Source of the DNA: a virus
Lineage: Duplodnaviria > Caudoviricetes
Direction: 5' to 3' (one strand)
DNA: 64,000 nt
Virus record (IMG/VR): IMGVR_UViG_3300035696_000004
Location: 128,001 to 192,000 of that record
Under the pieces are notes generated by a model. The model saw nothing but the letters and a program-made list of their open reading frames with translations, was not told the DNA's origin and ran no database searches. Positions 35,403 through 46,080 of this stretch are shown here, piece by piece (the first letter of the stretch is position 1; the number at the start of each line of letters is the position of its first letter). Position numbers and translations under genes: made by a program.

Positions 35403-37421
35403 TTAACGACGTTTACTGAAAACCTCAAACGGCATGATGAGACCATCCATCGGGTGGTTGGCTCGTTTCGGATTGAGATACGATTCCGGTGACGTGAAAG
35501 CCTTGTGGTGATGTTCGAACGCCATGAGGGGAGCAGCACTTCGTTTTTCCATCGTGGCGCGCATGACGCCGAGACCCGAATCCGTCCCTACCTTGGGCAA
35601 ACGATAATCCTCATCCTCTTCATCGGCGCTTCGAATCATGCAACCATACATGATCACTTCAAGAACTTTCAAGTTGACATCCAGTTTGCTATTGACCAAG
35701 TCGAAGAACTCAGTCAAGAACGCATCTGGAGAAATTACTTTGTCACGTTCATAGAGATTCTCTACGGACGACTCAAGCAACTGGGCAATCTCGTTGGAAT
35801 AATCGCTCATGTTGGCATGCTTGAGAGGGAGCGTCAGAATCTCTTTAGACCAATCCCAACCCTTCATCGAGATGTTGTAATTCCCCATCTCGTCGATTTC
35901 ACGCTTACCGTCTTTGATCGCGTGGTTCAGGAGAGCATACGACATAGATGCCATACGTTTTTCAACAGCGACTTCGAATTCCACGAAGGTTTCGCAATCT
36001 TTCTCCTTTACCAGGAAGCCAATGACTGGCATTTCAGAAACGCGAGTGATGCTGTGGTCCTCGGGACGACCCGATGCAAAGATGTCTGTCAGACCAGTAG
36101 CGAACTTCGGAATCACCACTAGCGTAACATCGCGACCTTTCAGGTTGTCACTCAACAGATAGGAATATCCGTCAGGAGATACCTTGAGATAGCGCGACAT
36201 GTGATCATCAGTAATCTTGATCTGCTTGACCACCGCATTACCATCCAAGTGCTTCACCGAGATCACCGACTGAGATTGCGGCTCGCACATTGTGACGGTA
36301 CACATGTGTCCCAGATTCGTTCCTTCCGGGACATCGTCACTCAGACGACCAAAGCAGACGGAACAAACGCCATACGGGTCAGGGTGCTGACAATGGTGAA
36401 CGGAACGCATCTTGATCGTTGTTCCAATCAGGTGCGTATCCGTTGACATGACCTCCTCCAGAACCCCTTCATCAGACATGTAGAATGCGCCGACGATATT
36501 CGGGAGATCACCCTTCACCAACACTTCCCCTGTCTCATCATCCACCTGTCGAGGTCGGATATGGAAGTGCGTATAGGTCGTGCTGCCGCAGTCACAATGA
36601 TGCAAGTTCTGCACCACTTGATCCATCAGTTGCAGACGCCTTGAGAAATACTCAGCCTTTTGCAGCGGAGATTTCGCAAAGATCGACGCCTTCCCTGCTG
36701 ATCGAGACTCCATCATGGAATCACACAGCTTACGGAACCCTTCGGCATAACCTCGTTTGATCGGATGACGGAACGTGATCGAATCCAGTTCTGTCAAGTT
36801 ACCTCGTGGTCCGATACATTGCTGCACCTGACTGCTCTTGACAATAGAAGATCGCATCCCTTTAGAGATCGGGTTGTCCGGAAAGAGCTCCGCTGACGCA
36901 ACGGTTTTCATCACCGTGTTCGTCGCCCACTCGATAGACTTCTGCGTGTCGTTCATGGCCATCTTGATTTTCAGGATCTCGGGATGATCCAGAATCTCAA
37001 TGAAGTTCAAGATATCCAACGACATCTGCATCGGCCGTGCCCGATTACGGAGATCGTTGTACATCAGGTTGAACAACTGATACACACGCTTGGATAGAGC
37101 ATCCCGGGAGGTTGGTCCCGAGTCATTCTGATACTTGTCATACGTCGACCACATGCAGTTGCCGAGAATTTCCAGGTGCGTGCCGCTGTTATACCGTTTA
37201 CTGCCGAGAATCTTTGTCACGTGATGCTTCATCAGCATCGGTGTGTTTCGAAACTCGCGATGGAACTCCCACGCATATGAGCTATAACACGTAGAGATCC
37301 AATCGACTTCCATTTCACCATCGTCGAAGACCAGGATAAAACGCCCTACTAGGCTTGTCCACAGATAGTCTGTTGAATAGTCCAGCAGGGTTCTGGCTAA
37401 TATTCTTCGCATTATTACCAT
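35403..37421 (-). CDS. Non-virion RNAP beta-prime middle/C-terminal subunit (phiKZ gp74-like)
   Basis: AEYFSRRLQL, DCGS, RSVHHC...CSVCFG zinc site, CEPQSQSVISVKH trigger loop. Confidence 0.9.
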   Translation of the reverse strand: MVIMRRILARTLLDYSTDYLWTSLVGRFILVFDDGEMEVDWISTCYSSYAWEFHREFRNTPMLMKHHVTKILGSKRYNSGTHLEILGNCMWSTYDKYQNDSGPTSRDALSKRVYQLFNLMYNDLRNRARPMQMSLDILNFIEILDHPEILKIKMAMNDTQKSIEWATNTVMKTVASAELFPDNPISKGMRSSIVKSSQVQQCIGPRGNLTELDSITFRHPIKRGYAEGFRKLCDSMMESRSAGKASIFAKSPLQKAEYFSRRLQLMDQVVQNLHHCDCGSTTYTHFHIRPRQVDDETGEVLVKGDLPNIVGAFYMSDEGVLEEVMSTDTHLIGTTIKMRSVHHCQHPDPYGVCSVCFGRLSDDVPEGTNLGHMCTVTMCEPQSQSVISVKHLDGNAVVKQIKITDDHMSRYLKVSPDGYSYLLSDNLKGRDVTLVVIPKFATGLTDIFASGRPEDHSITRVSEMPVIGFLVKEKDCETFVEFEVAVEKRMASMSYALLNHAIKDGKREIDEMGNYNISMKGWDWSKEILTLPLKHANMSDYSNEIAQLLESSVENLYERDKVISPDAFLTEFFDLVNSKLDVNLKVLEVIMYGCMIRSADEEDEDYRLPKVGTDSGLGVMRATMEKRSAAPLMAFEHHHKAFTSPESYLNPKRANHPMDGLIMPFEVFSKRR

Positions 37422-37436
37422 CCCCCTTTTTCTTTC

Positions 37437-38372
37437 TTACTTCACGTTCTTGTATACGAATTTGATACCAGACGTCGACAGCAGGTGTTTAACCAGCTGT
37501 AGCGGGCGAGAACCACCCAGAGGGATTTCTTTTCGATTGACCAGACTCTCCACATTGCTCGGCATGACAGCCGACATGAGATTGTGCAACAGGTGCCGGT
37601 GAGTAAACGGGCTGTTGTTTCGATCCAGTAGTTCCGCTGTCACCTCAGGTCCTACGTACGAGGTATACAGACGGATCTCAGCTTCACCCAATGCTCGAAC
37701 GGCATTGTTACGGCACGGCATGGAATACTTATCCGTGTTGGTTACCTGAGACAGGACACCAAAGTGCTGGTACTTACCGGACGATACGGCAGCAGCATCA
37801 TCACCGATCTTTTCAAGCAGCATCATGTACACACTACCGATGCGCACAGGGGTCTCTGTAACACCAGGAACCCCGTACTCATCTACATAGGTCACAGGTC
37901 CGTAAACGGGTGCATAACCTCGACTTTCACAATGTCGAATGATATCGGAATATTCATTCTCGTTGTCGGTCGGGTAGTAGATATAGATGCCTTTCTCAAC
38001 AATAGATGCCAGATGGCCTCGACGACGAGCAAGTTTGTCCGGTCTCGCCATGATCAAGCTATGCATCCGGGCAGAAACGCACTCGTAGTAGCCCATGAGA
38101 TAGTCCCAGATCCGATTGAGTTCATCGGGTTGCTGAGTTTCCATCTGAACAATGCGTTCGAGAGCGCCTTTGTAGTCGCCTTCCTGAACACCCAGCATTC
38201 TACGCACACGCTTGGAGACATCACGACTTGCTGCGTTGATGTATTGCTCGTAGAGACGGCTCACGTTCATCCGATTGACGGTTGAAAGGCCGTCCATCAC
38301 GATGTCTGCACGATTACCTTCCGAGTCCACGGGCATTTCTTCGGGTTTGGCAATGTAGCAGATGACGCCTTT
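37437..38372 (-). CDS. Non-virion RNAP beta C-terminal subunit, exon 2 (phiKZ gp73-like part)
   Basis: Starts KGVICYI; contains NRADIVMDGLSTVNRMN and RALGEAEIR (RFGEME homolog). Confidence 0.9.
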   Translation of the reverse strand, partial: KGVICYIAKPEEMPVDSEGNRADIVMDGLSTVNRMNVSRLYEQYINAASRDVSKRVRRMLGVQEGDYKGALERIVQMETQQPDELNRIWDYLMGYYECVSARMHSLIMARPDKLARRRGHLASIVEKGIYIYYPTDNENEYSDIIRHCESRGYAPVYGPVTYVDEYGVPGVTETPVRIGSVYMMLLEKIGDDAAAVSSGKYQHFGVLSQVTNTDKYSMPCRNNAVRALGEAEIRLYTSYVGPEVTAELLDRNNSPFTHRHLLHNLMSAVMPSNVESLVNRKEIPLGGSRPLQLVKHLLSTSGIKFVYKNVK

Positions 38373-39750
38373 CCTTTTGTCCACTTGATCCGTTGTGTCT
38401 CCCGACACGCTCTATCAAGCCGGTGCGATTCCTGGCACCCGCCTCAGGCTTTCCCTGAGGAGCAGACTATATCTTCACCTCCAGCATGACCTGGTAAGGT
38501 GCTTCCTATTTCCCCGGAGATGGCTATCTCCCGTGCACCTAAGCACTGACCCACTTGAGTGGTACACCGTGGTAAGCGGTTAGTCGTTGAACTCCTCCCA
38601 TTCTCGCTGTCGTAGCGAGGGCAGGGGTTAGCTGCGGATTACCCAATCTTTGCCTCTTTTACCGTACCTGAATGATTAGTTCAGCCCTCACGATCATTTC
38701 TAATCATGAGTTGGTGTGCAAAGCTCTCAGGGACTTCCCGTCAATTAAAGAAGGTTTCATTAACTATTTCTAATTAATGAGGCGGGTTGTGAAAATCCAT
38801 CCATCCAGATTCTTGTCGGTATCTAATCGACTTAAAATACTGGAACGATCGACATTAAAATGCCTAGCACATTGAGTCAACGATCCAAACTCCATTGTTT
38901 TCCCGCCTTTACTAGCGCACAGCGGGATTGCGCTGGTGCCCTTCAGACCGCGATCGTAGCGATACGGTGTTTCTGAATAGCTGTCTCGAACGTTGAATTC
39001 TTTATCGGGATAAATCTCATTCCCGTACTGCGCTAACACAGGGATTGATTTTCCTGGAGCCCCGTATAACTGGTGGCGCTTCAGAAGTTCCCTTGTCGAA
39101 TAAACTTCCTCTATGGAACCGTTCGAATCTTTCACTGTAACCATGTACCTCGACGGGGGTACCAGTTCAGTTCTATTTTCATAAAACCACGGTTCAGGGT
39201 CATTCGCACACCGGAACTCATACTTCCCGGCGACTAACTTCCCAAACATTTTTGGTCGCAGATCTACTATTCTGACGTCTTTCCCTAATCCCATGAATTC
39301 AGCAGCTTGAGTTATCGAGTGGAAATAGGACACTTCTCCTGTGAAGTAATCTCTAACTCTACACGGGATGTTGTCCCGTCTCAACCCGCTATTGACAGCA
39401 TGGTAATTATTCCCGGAGTAGCTTGTCCATTCGAGGTTTTCGTACCAGTTATTTCCTGGATGAGCGTCGATATGGTTCACAACGGTAAAATTATCAGGAT
39501 CGGGATTATAAACCCATGCCAAAGCGACTGCTCTATGCACGGGCAAGGTCTCTGTCTTGGATCCTCTGAAAGTATCCACGGCGAGATAGCCATTAAGAAG
39601 ATAAGGGGTGAGCATTATCTTTCGTTCTACTGAAACGATTGTGCCCACTCTGTCCACGGCATAATGTTCATATCCCGGAATTATCCGAAACATTTCATCT
39701 TCCATTCATGCTCCTTTCAACTAAAGGGATGAACGGACTTTCACAATTCC
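38373..39750 (-). mobile_element. Group I intron (1378 nt) with HNH homing endonuclease, in the nvRNAP beta gene
   Basis: 5' exon ends in U, intron ends in G; splicing restores DTAGG|KGVIC. P1 with GUGA tetraloop and U.G pair. Core elements AAUUGACGGGAA, AAUCCGCAGC, GUUCAACGACUA and AAGAUAUAGUC. Confidence 0.9.
38770..39705 (-). CDS. HNH homing endonuclease (NUMOD4-like + HNH + NUMOD1 repeats)
   Basis: VHRAVALAW...VVNHIDAHPGNNWYENLEW; FHSITQAAEF and FGSLTQCARHF repeats; own AAGGAG RBS. Confidence 0.9.
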   Translation of the reverse strand: MEDEMFRIIPGYEHYAVDRVGTIVSVERKIMLTPYLLNGYLAVDTFRGSKTETLPVHRAVALAWVYNPDPDNFTVVNHIDAHPGNNWYENLEWTSYSGNNYHAVNSGLRRDNIPCRVRDYFTGEVSYFHSITQAAEFMGLGKDVRIVDLRPKMFGKLVAGKYEFRCANDPEPWFYENRTELVPPSRYMVTVKDSNGSIEEVYSTRELLKRHQLYGAPGKSIPVLAQYGNEIYPDKEFNVRDSYSETPYRYDRGLKGTSAIPLCASKGGKTMEFGSLTQCARHFNVDRSSILSRLDTDKNLDGWIFTTRLIN

Positions 39751-40962
39751 ACCACCAGCCGTATCAGTCAGCTTAAACCCGATGTTCGGCGTGATCTCGT
39801 ATTCAATGACGAATTCGATTCGCCAATCATCCAGAGCTTCCTTGCGGTAGTTCTTTTTGATCGGGTCACGTTCGGCCATCGTATTGTGGCCGACTACCGA
39901 AATGGCTTCCACTTCCATCCGATGAAGTTCCCGGGTGATGTTCAACTTCCCGTGACGCTCCCTTCGGATGCGGCGCAGCTCATCCAGAATACCTTGGTAA
40001 AACTCTCGACGACCTTTGTCGTACTTGAGCAACTGGGTATCCATTCCGACGGGTAGGCCGACCGTATTGCTTCGGTTCTCGTGCCAGACACGGATATCTT
40101 TGATGCGACCACCCGGTCCCGCGGCATAAACGAGGTCATCGAAGACATAGTTTATTTTCCGCAGACCATAGGCACTTTGCTCGACCAGTGCAAGATCCAA
40201 GTCATAATCTCGCAGCGCCAGCAAGAGTCCGTCTGGTCTTACCTCTTCCCCAATATCAGGGAATGCTTTGAAAACCTCGTCTGTCCCCATCAGGTTAAGT
40301 GGGAAATTATTGAGCCCAAAGGAAGCCGACCTAACTTCGTACGTCTTGAACCGAAGCTCTGGCAAGACATCCTCGCAGATCATGATTCCGTCTTCAGCGA
40401 CGGCTTCATGTGAGAGATAGGCGATATTGAGCTCACGCCCAAAGCAATAGTTTCCGTTCTCCGTGACAGCCGGGGAATCAAGAAAGATTTCTCCTTTTTT
40501 GATTTCTTCTCCTCGACGGAGTCTGGAGTACGGTTTTTTCTTGACGTAATCGAAACCGAAATACTGATGCTGAGAACAATAGTTCGTCAGATTGATCATC
40601 CCAATCTCGTTATTGTCCTCTCTTTCGTACAAGACCACCGTTTGCGGATTGATCTTGATCGAGTCAACATCATTGGTTCTCTGATATCGTTCGATCTTTT
40701 TCAGGATACGCCCCTGATGAGGCATCTTCACTGAGAAGGTATATTTCCCGAATTCACGTTCCATCCCTGTTTGAATTCGGCGTTCCGTCATCCCCTTTAT
40801 GATCAGGTACTGTCCGATATGGCTTGCAAACATCTGGACCCGTGAACTGGAAATCGCTCCAATGAACGGATTCAGGCCGCACGTATCGAGAAACTCCCGC
40901 CGGAGTTGGTTCTGTTCTCGATACCATGGCAAATCACTATACGTCAGCGTTTCTTGACTCAT
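39751..40962 (-). CDS. Non-virion RNAP beta C-terminal subunit, exon 1 (phiKZ gp71-like part)
   Basis: SSSRVQMFASHIGQ, GRELNIAYLS, AEDGIMI, IGFKLTDTAGG. Confidence 0.9.
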
Positions 40963-41016
40963 TACAGAACCCTTGTTTAGGTTTTGAATCTTCTTACTGG
41001 ACACAACTACTAATTA

Positions 41017-41045
41017 GTAATATGTGTCTGAAACATTTTGGAGAG
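41017..41045 (-). promoter_or_regulatory. Early-type promoter motif variant upstream of the beta gene
   Basis: Minus strand CTCTCCAAAATGTTTCAGACACATATTAC. Confidence 0.55.
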
Positions 41046-41049
41046 TTTT

Positions 41050-41397
41050 ATGGCGACCGATATTAGTAACCTCATGGCAGGTACGACACAGCTCGTATAT
41101 TACGATGAAGATTTTCGAGCGGTCTTGGAAGACCACATGACGATACTCCAAACCTACACCAATACCGTGAAGGTCGCTATTCAACCTGGCGATGCGGCGA
41201 CCTTTGTGAACGACTTCTACGGGCTCATGGCGTATCTGGGTGAGCCTCCTCAACGGCATTGGCTATTGATGCGGATGATGGGATTCACATCCCCTGACCA
41301 AAGCGATGAAACGCTCACCTATTACTTGAAGCCCGATACGACGTTTGTGGAGCGACTTCGCTCGTACTACATGACCAATCATACCGTGAAGGCTTGA
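41050..41397 (+). CDS. Conserved small chimallivirus protein on the opposite strand
   Basis: ATG 41050 after GGAGAG; RAVLEDHM...DFYGLM...HWLLMRMMGFTSP. Confidence 0.7.
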   Translation: MATDISNLMAGTTQLVYYDEDFRAVLEDHMTILQTYTNTVKVAIQPGDAATFVNDFYGLMAYLGEPPQRHWLLMRMMGFTSPDQSDETLTYYLKPDTTFVERLRSYYMTNHTVKA

Positions 41398-41448
41398 GTT
41401 GGGTTAATACAAAGTATGTATGGTGAAAGTAAAAAAGAAAAAGACATA

Positions 41449-41474
41449 GGAGAGAGGGGCGAACCCCTCTCTCC
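41449..41474. terminator. Bidirectional stem-loop between convergent genes
   Basis: GGAGAGAGGGG-cgaa-CCCCTCTCTCC; flanked by GACATA and TATGCT. Confidence 0.8.
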
Positions 41475-41494
41475 TTATGCTCTCACTTTACGAC

Positions 41495-42796
41495 TTAGAA
41501 CCCAGGACCGCGACGACCGCGACCGTACGGATCAGGACGTCCAACGCCACGACCCGCGGTTTGACCGCCATTACTCAACGTGGCACGCCCGGCGCTCGGA
41601 GGTGCACGACGCAAGACCTGGCCACGCCCCAGCCAGGGTTGAGCGGCTTGCTCGTTTTGGTACGGATCGTTGTACGGATCACGTTCATACCGTTGCTGCT
41701 GGTATTGCGGCTGTTGCCGAGCGAGGTGACGTGCGGCGAAGTCCGCGAAGTCCGCACCGCCCTTTGCCGTTTTCGCAGGAGTGACCGGTTCGACACGGCC
41801 ACGAGGTTCCGGAACAGCCATCCCGATTTCAGCAGCCGTCGGTTCAGCACGCTGTTGACGAGTGACGACCGGACGATCTTCTACCTCCTTGGCAGCTTGC
41901 TTGATCTTGTTGAAAGCCGGTGCACCTTCATTGCCAGGAAGCATCGGAATCATCCGGATCTGGTTGAGCAAGATCTTCATGTCTTCGGCAGTAGGTACCC
42001 AAGCCATGTCGAACTTCAATGCATTCATGCCGGGGATGCCATCCCCGAACAACTCACACTGCGCATTGATTTCTTTTGCCAGATTCCGACCCAGTAGCAG
42101 CAACGATTCGAAGTACGGTGCAAACTTCGAATCACTCCCCGCGTAGTAGTTTTCGGGATGTTCGAGGTCCGGGAAGAGATACTCGAGAACCCCCAAGAGC
42201 GTATCGCGGGCTTTATTGCTGATCTTGACGCCGTGGAATTCTCCTTTGGCTGCCTTCAGTGCTGTGTAGAACGGGAAAGATACAATCCCCGCGCGAGCGA
42301 ACACCTGCTCGCCGATATGACCGCTTCGCTTCAGGTAGATCTTGACGAAGAGTTCATCTTCCTTGGTGGCCGGAATCTTCGACATGATGCTCTTGAAGGC
42401 CTGGATGGTCTTCTCATCGGCTGCCGACGCTTTCGACAGAAAAACTTGCTGAGGCGTCGAGAGCTTGGTTTGTTCAGCAGGCGAGGCGGCCAGTTCGAGC
42501 AGCAATTTGACCTGTGCGCCGATCACCTGGTTGAACCGGATGTTCATGGCCTTCCTGAACCGAGTCAGGACTTCAGATTCCCCGCAGGAAACCTCCTCCC
42601 AGCCCGGATGGAACGCGACACGCTTCGACCAATCCGAATCTGCCATGTGCTCGCGACTCGGCAAAACGAGTCGCTTACCACTCATGGTGAACGGGCGGTG
42701 GTTACCGTTTACATCTTGGGTGGATAGGCAGTCATCGCTGGTGACATGAAATCCAGCGAAGGTCAGGACACTGCGATAAAACTCGATCAGATCCAT
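41495..42796 (-). CDS. Chimallivirus core protein (phiKZ gp70-like) with RG/Q/Y-rich disordered tail
   Basis: 433 aa; synteny between the PicA-like and beta genes. Confidence 0.65.
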   Translation of the reverse strand: MDLIEFYRSVLTFAGFHVTSDDCLSTQDVNGNHRPFTMSGKRLVLPSREHMADSDWSKRVAFHPGWEEVSCGESEVLTRFRKAMNIRFNQVIGAQVKLLLELAASPAEQTKLSTPQQVFLSKASAADEKTIQAFKSIMSKIPATKEDELFVKIYLKRSGHIGEQVFARAGIVSFPFYTALKAAKGEFHGVKISNKARDTLLGVLEYLFPDLEHPENYYAGSDSKFAPYFESLLLLGRNLAKEINAQCELFGDGIPGMNALKFDMAWVPTAEDMKILLNQIRMIPMLPGNEGAPAFNKIKQAAKEVEDRPVVTRQQRAEPTAAEIGMAVPEPRGRVEPVTPAKTAKGGADFADFAARHLARQQPQYQQQRYERDPYNDPYQNEQAAQPWLGRGQVLRRAPPSAGRATLSNGGQTAGRGVGRPDPYGRGRRGPGF

Positions 42797-42814
42797 TTTC
42801 TTTTCCTTGTTGTC

Positions 42815-44287
42815 TTAATAGCCGCTAAACTGCCGACCCGATTCATAACCACTACCGGCGAAATCTTGCGGGAGCGATATTGTCGGAAGAACTTCGTTGA
42901 TGAAGTTCTCAAACCGCTCGGCTGTCGCTCTGACGTGCTGATTGTTGTACGCGAAAACCGGGGTGGCCAACGAGTTACTGAACGACGGCGCCACGAAACG
43001 CTCCGTCGGATAACCATCCAGCTCGATATCGATGATGGTATCGCCCATGAGGTCGAGAGTCATTTCGATAGCAAAGCCAATTTCACCTTGGTAGCAGATA
43101 TCGTTCAGTACTTCGCAGATGGTTCGAATCCGGAGATTCTCGGCAGGATAGGTCAGATCCATGTTCGAGAAACTGCGCAGACCCATGGGTTGGAAGGCCA
43201 CTTGGGAGTTCATGGTTCGATTGGTGGCTTTGAAGGCAGCCCACGTCAGACCCGATTCCATCATGATGCCCGGGATCGATTGACTCAGGATGCAGGCGAC
43301 CTGCGTGATACGGTCCCGACCGTCCCAAGGACTGGTGTCACCAGCATGATGCAGCCGGTTCCGTTCCAGATTCGGCATGATGATCGCTTCGGTCACGTCT
43401 TCGTAACCCGGAGACAACCGTTCCAGATCACGCAACGTGAAGTAGTTCGTCGAGGCCACACCTTGGATACTGGCCAGCGATTTCAGGAACGTGTCGTTCA
43501 TCACAGCGGCTTCAGCGACCTGATCGCCATTACGGGCATCGCTGAAGATCGAACCGCCTGTTTTCCCGAGAGCCATCAGGGATTGAGCATCACGATAGCT
43601 CGACAGGATACGGCTGGTATAGACCGCCGAATTGGCGTTGCCATAACGGCTCTTGCGGGGCGCCGCTGTGGACATCGTACGACCATCGATCACATCACCT
43701 TCGTCGTCCGGAAGATGTGTGGTTTGCATCTGAGCCAACAGGTCGGTCGGGCGCATCATGACCTGGTTGTTGGTGTCGATGACGTTTGCGTAGCTGTTGT
43801 TGGCGAGCAGTTGGCTGGAGTTGGCGATCACCGACCGGGGTTGCGTAACGCCATGGACGCGCACCATTTCTTCACGGATGAGGGTCGTCGAGTTGATGTA
43901 GAACTCGAGATCCGGATTGATGGTTTGTTGCAACGTGATGTCGCGCGATGCGCTGTACCCCATTACCAGCTCGGTGATCTTGCTCCCGCGAAGGTTGTCC
44001 GTTTCGACTTCCATCATGAAACGGAACCGCGGCTCATTCCAACCTTCCGGAATCGGAATGATATCCTTTTGATCGACAGCGATGGCTGGTGCCAAAATCT
44101 GATTGGCCAGGCCCGATACCGCCATCGAGCTCAGATCCTGATTCTGCTCGATGCGTTCCGCGATCTGATTCACGGCGTCGTGGGTAAAGTGCGCTTCGAA
44201 AGGACGCGAAAACTGCGCCCCATACGTACCCGTTTCGTGGATGAAAAAACGGGTGATTCGAACACTGCTGTTATCGTCGAAGAACAT
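42815..44287 (-). CDS. picA: Phage-nucleus protein import factor PicA/Imp1 (phiKZ gp69-like)
   Basis: 490 aa immediately downstream of the gp68-like gene; ETGTY..QFSRPF and GW.EPRFRFMMEVE motifs. Assigned mainly by synteny and size. Confidence 0.7.
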   Translation of the reverse strand: MFFDDNSSVRITRFFIHETGTYGAQFSRPFEAHFTHDAVNQIAERIEQNQDLSSMAVSGLANQILAPAIAVDQKDIIPIPEGWNEPRFRFMMEVETDNLRGSKITELVMGYSASRDITLQQTINPDLEFYINSTTLIREEMVRVHGVTQPRSVIANSSQLLANNSYANVIDTNNQVMMRPTDLLAQMQTTHLPDDEGDVIDGRTMSTAAPRKSRYGNANSAVYTSRILSSYRDAQSLMALGKTGGSIFSDARNGDQVAEAAVMNDTFLKSLASIQGVASTNYFTLRDLERLSPGYEDVTEAIIMPNLERNRLHHAGDTSPWDGRDRITQVACILSQSIPGIMMESGLTWAAFKATNRTMNSQVAFQPMGLRSFSNMDLTYPAENLRIRTICEVLNDICYQGEIGFAIEMTLDLMGDTIIDIELDGYPTERFVAPSFSNSLATPVFAYNNQHVRATAERFENFINEVLPTISLPQDFAGSGYESGRQFSGY

Positions 44288-44330
44288 GGGGTTTTCTTTC
44301 GTAGAAACGTGTTATCGTTAACTGCGCTTT

Positions 44331-45929
44331 TTAAAGTTGTTGAGTTCGGCTCGCCAGCGCTTGATCTCTCTGGATCTCTACCATCTCGAGAGCGAAACGT
44401 GCCAGATTGATCTTGAACTCGTAACTCAGGGAATAGTACCGAGAATTCTTGTTATTGGTCACGGTACTCAACCATTCATCCGGGATTGTCAGTAACCATC
44501 CGTTGGCTTTGAATTGTTTTTCCAACGAATCTATCGCTTGGATTGCATGGTTTTTCTGCAAGTCCAGCTTTTTGCCAGACGTCTTGCGGCGATACGGATA
44601 AAACTTATCGAACTCTTCGAGCATGCTCTTGGGGATGCGCGCCCGACTGTCGTCCAACAGCACCGTCGGTTGGTCAAACGACCTTCTTCGATTGGTGTTA
44701 ATGGCCGTGATCAGCGCAGCCAGCTCGTAATGACCACGATGCCAGAGAATGGCTTGTGCGACAGCCAAGAATTCCACCAACGTCGAGACATCGAAGTGCT
44801 CACTCGAGTGGGTCGGGATCCGAATCGACATGACCATTTGAGCGATCTTCTCTTGGCAAGGTTCCAAGGTCTGACCAATGAGGGCTCTTGCCGATGTCAA
44901 GGACGCAGTCACCAACTCTTTCGGGATACCAGGCGCCAGCGCCTCGGCCAGTTTGTACGGCTTGTGGATAGGAGATTCGATAATTGCGATATCCCCATCC
45001 GTGACCTTCATCTTGATCTTGACGTTTTCCAGACCCGAGAGATTGCTTTCATCATTCCCGTTATCCGTCGGAGCACGCTTGTCTTTGATAGCACCTTTGA
45101 AGTTGGTATCGATCCCTTTCAGTCGATTGCAGACGAACTTGAAGATGACCTTCCCAAAGGCCTTCTTCGGATCAATACCACGGATATCCATGCTGGAAAT
45201 CTTTCGCACAATGAGGAGTGCGAGAATCCATTTTGGGATATCTTCGGAACTGATGCCGGCGATAATAGCACTCGCTAGCTTCTTTCGATCCGCCGGGAGC
45301 GAATCGATCACGTAGTCACGCAACCGAACCATAGCACCCGAGTTATAGAGCGGCGTCTTGCCCAGGAGCTGGTACGCCTCGTACTCTTTCCAGTTCGTCC
45401 CGGCACTGCGTTTGATCCGGGCAATGTACTCACCCCAGACCATATAGATCGGACGTAGGATAACCGACAAGGCGAGGATTTTCTTGTAGTCGTCCCGCAG
45501 GATGGTTTTGGTTTTGTTACCAATCATCCCATCAACGAATTCATCCGCCAGATCCGTTGGGATCGTGATACCAGATCGGAAATACACCCAATCTGCCAAT
45601 TTGGCAGGATCGTGGAGTTCGACGAGCTCGGCGATATCGTCCATGAGCACGAGGGAGAGATCGTGTTCATCGAGAATCGATTCGAGGTGGTCTTTGATCT
45701 TCGACATCGAATTGAAGATGTCGCCCTGTTGTTCGTTCGGTAACGTCGACCAATAGGCGTTGATTTGTTCGAACGGGTCGTAATCGTTCGAGTCGTCATC
45801 GTCGCGGCTATTGGTATTTTTTTCGATCAGAACAAACGTAACACGCTGTTCGTTTTTATTCTGGTCGAGACCAATGAGATGTGCTTCATTGGCGACGCTA
45901 TCAAATAGTACCCCCACTTTCAAGCGCAC
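44331..45929 (-). CDS. Non-virion RNAP sigma-like promoter-specificity subunit (phiKZ gp68-like)
   Basis: FEQINAYWSTLP...DY...LRP...WGEYI...WHRG...YP match the recalled gp68 sequence; 532 aa. Confidence 0.85.
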   Translation of the reverse strand: MRLKVGVLFDSVANEAHLIGLDQNKNEQRVTFVLIEKNTNSRDDDDSNDYDPFEQINAYWSTLPNEQQGDIFNSMSKIKDHLESILDEHDLSLVLMDDIAELVELHDPAKLADWVYFRSGITIPTDLADEFVDGMIGNKTKTILRDDYKKILALSVILRPIYMVWGEYIARIKRSAGTNWKEYEAYQLLGKTPLYNSGAMVRLRDYVIDSLPADRKKLASAIIAGISSEDIPKWILALLIVRKISSMDIRGIDPKKAFGKVIFKFVCNRLKGIDTNFKGAIKDKRAPTDNGNDESNLSGLENVKIKMKVTDGDIAIIESPIHKPYKLAEALAPGIPKELVTASLTSARALIGQTLEPCQEKIAQMVMSIRIPTHSSEHFDVSTLVEFLAVAQAILWHRGHYELAALITAINTNRRRSFDQPTVLLDDSRARIPKSMLEEFDKFYPYRRKTSGKKLDLQKNHAIQAIDSLEKQFKANGWLLTIPDEWLSTVTNNKNSRYYSLSYEFKINLARFALEMVEIQRDQALASRTQQL

Positions 45930-45981
45930 ATGTTCCCCCTTTACTCCGTATTAGAAAACACTGGATTACAAGCTCATTTCA

Positions 45982-46010
45982 GTAATATGTGATTGAGATA
46001 TTCTGGACTC
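45982..46010 (-). promoter_or_regulatory. Early-type promoter motif upstream of the gp68-like gene
   Basis: Minus strand GAGTCCAGAATATCTCAATCACATATTAC. Confidence 0.7.
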
Positions 46011-46029
46011 CTACCTAAAAGACATGAAG

Positions 46030-46061
46030 GCAAATCCCAAACCGTGAGGCCTGGGATTTGC
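46030..46061 (-). terminator. Stem-loop after the 137-aa gene
   Basis: GCAAATCCCA...TGGGATTTGC. Confidence 0.6.
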
Positions 46062-46080
46062 ACATCAAGACGTATGCCGA

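Noticed and set aside
38373-38408. N-terminus MSGDTTDQVDKR of the 323-aa ORF as a stand-alone gene start
   Set aside because: It is intron 3' sequence; the conserved protein resumes at KGVIC after the terminal G.
43121-43131. GGTTCGAATCC T-loop-like sequence suggesting a tRNA
   Set aside because: Inside the PicA-like CDS, with no cloverleaf or acceptor stem around it.
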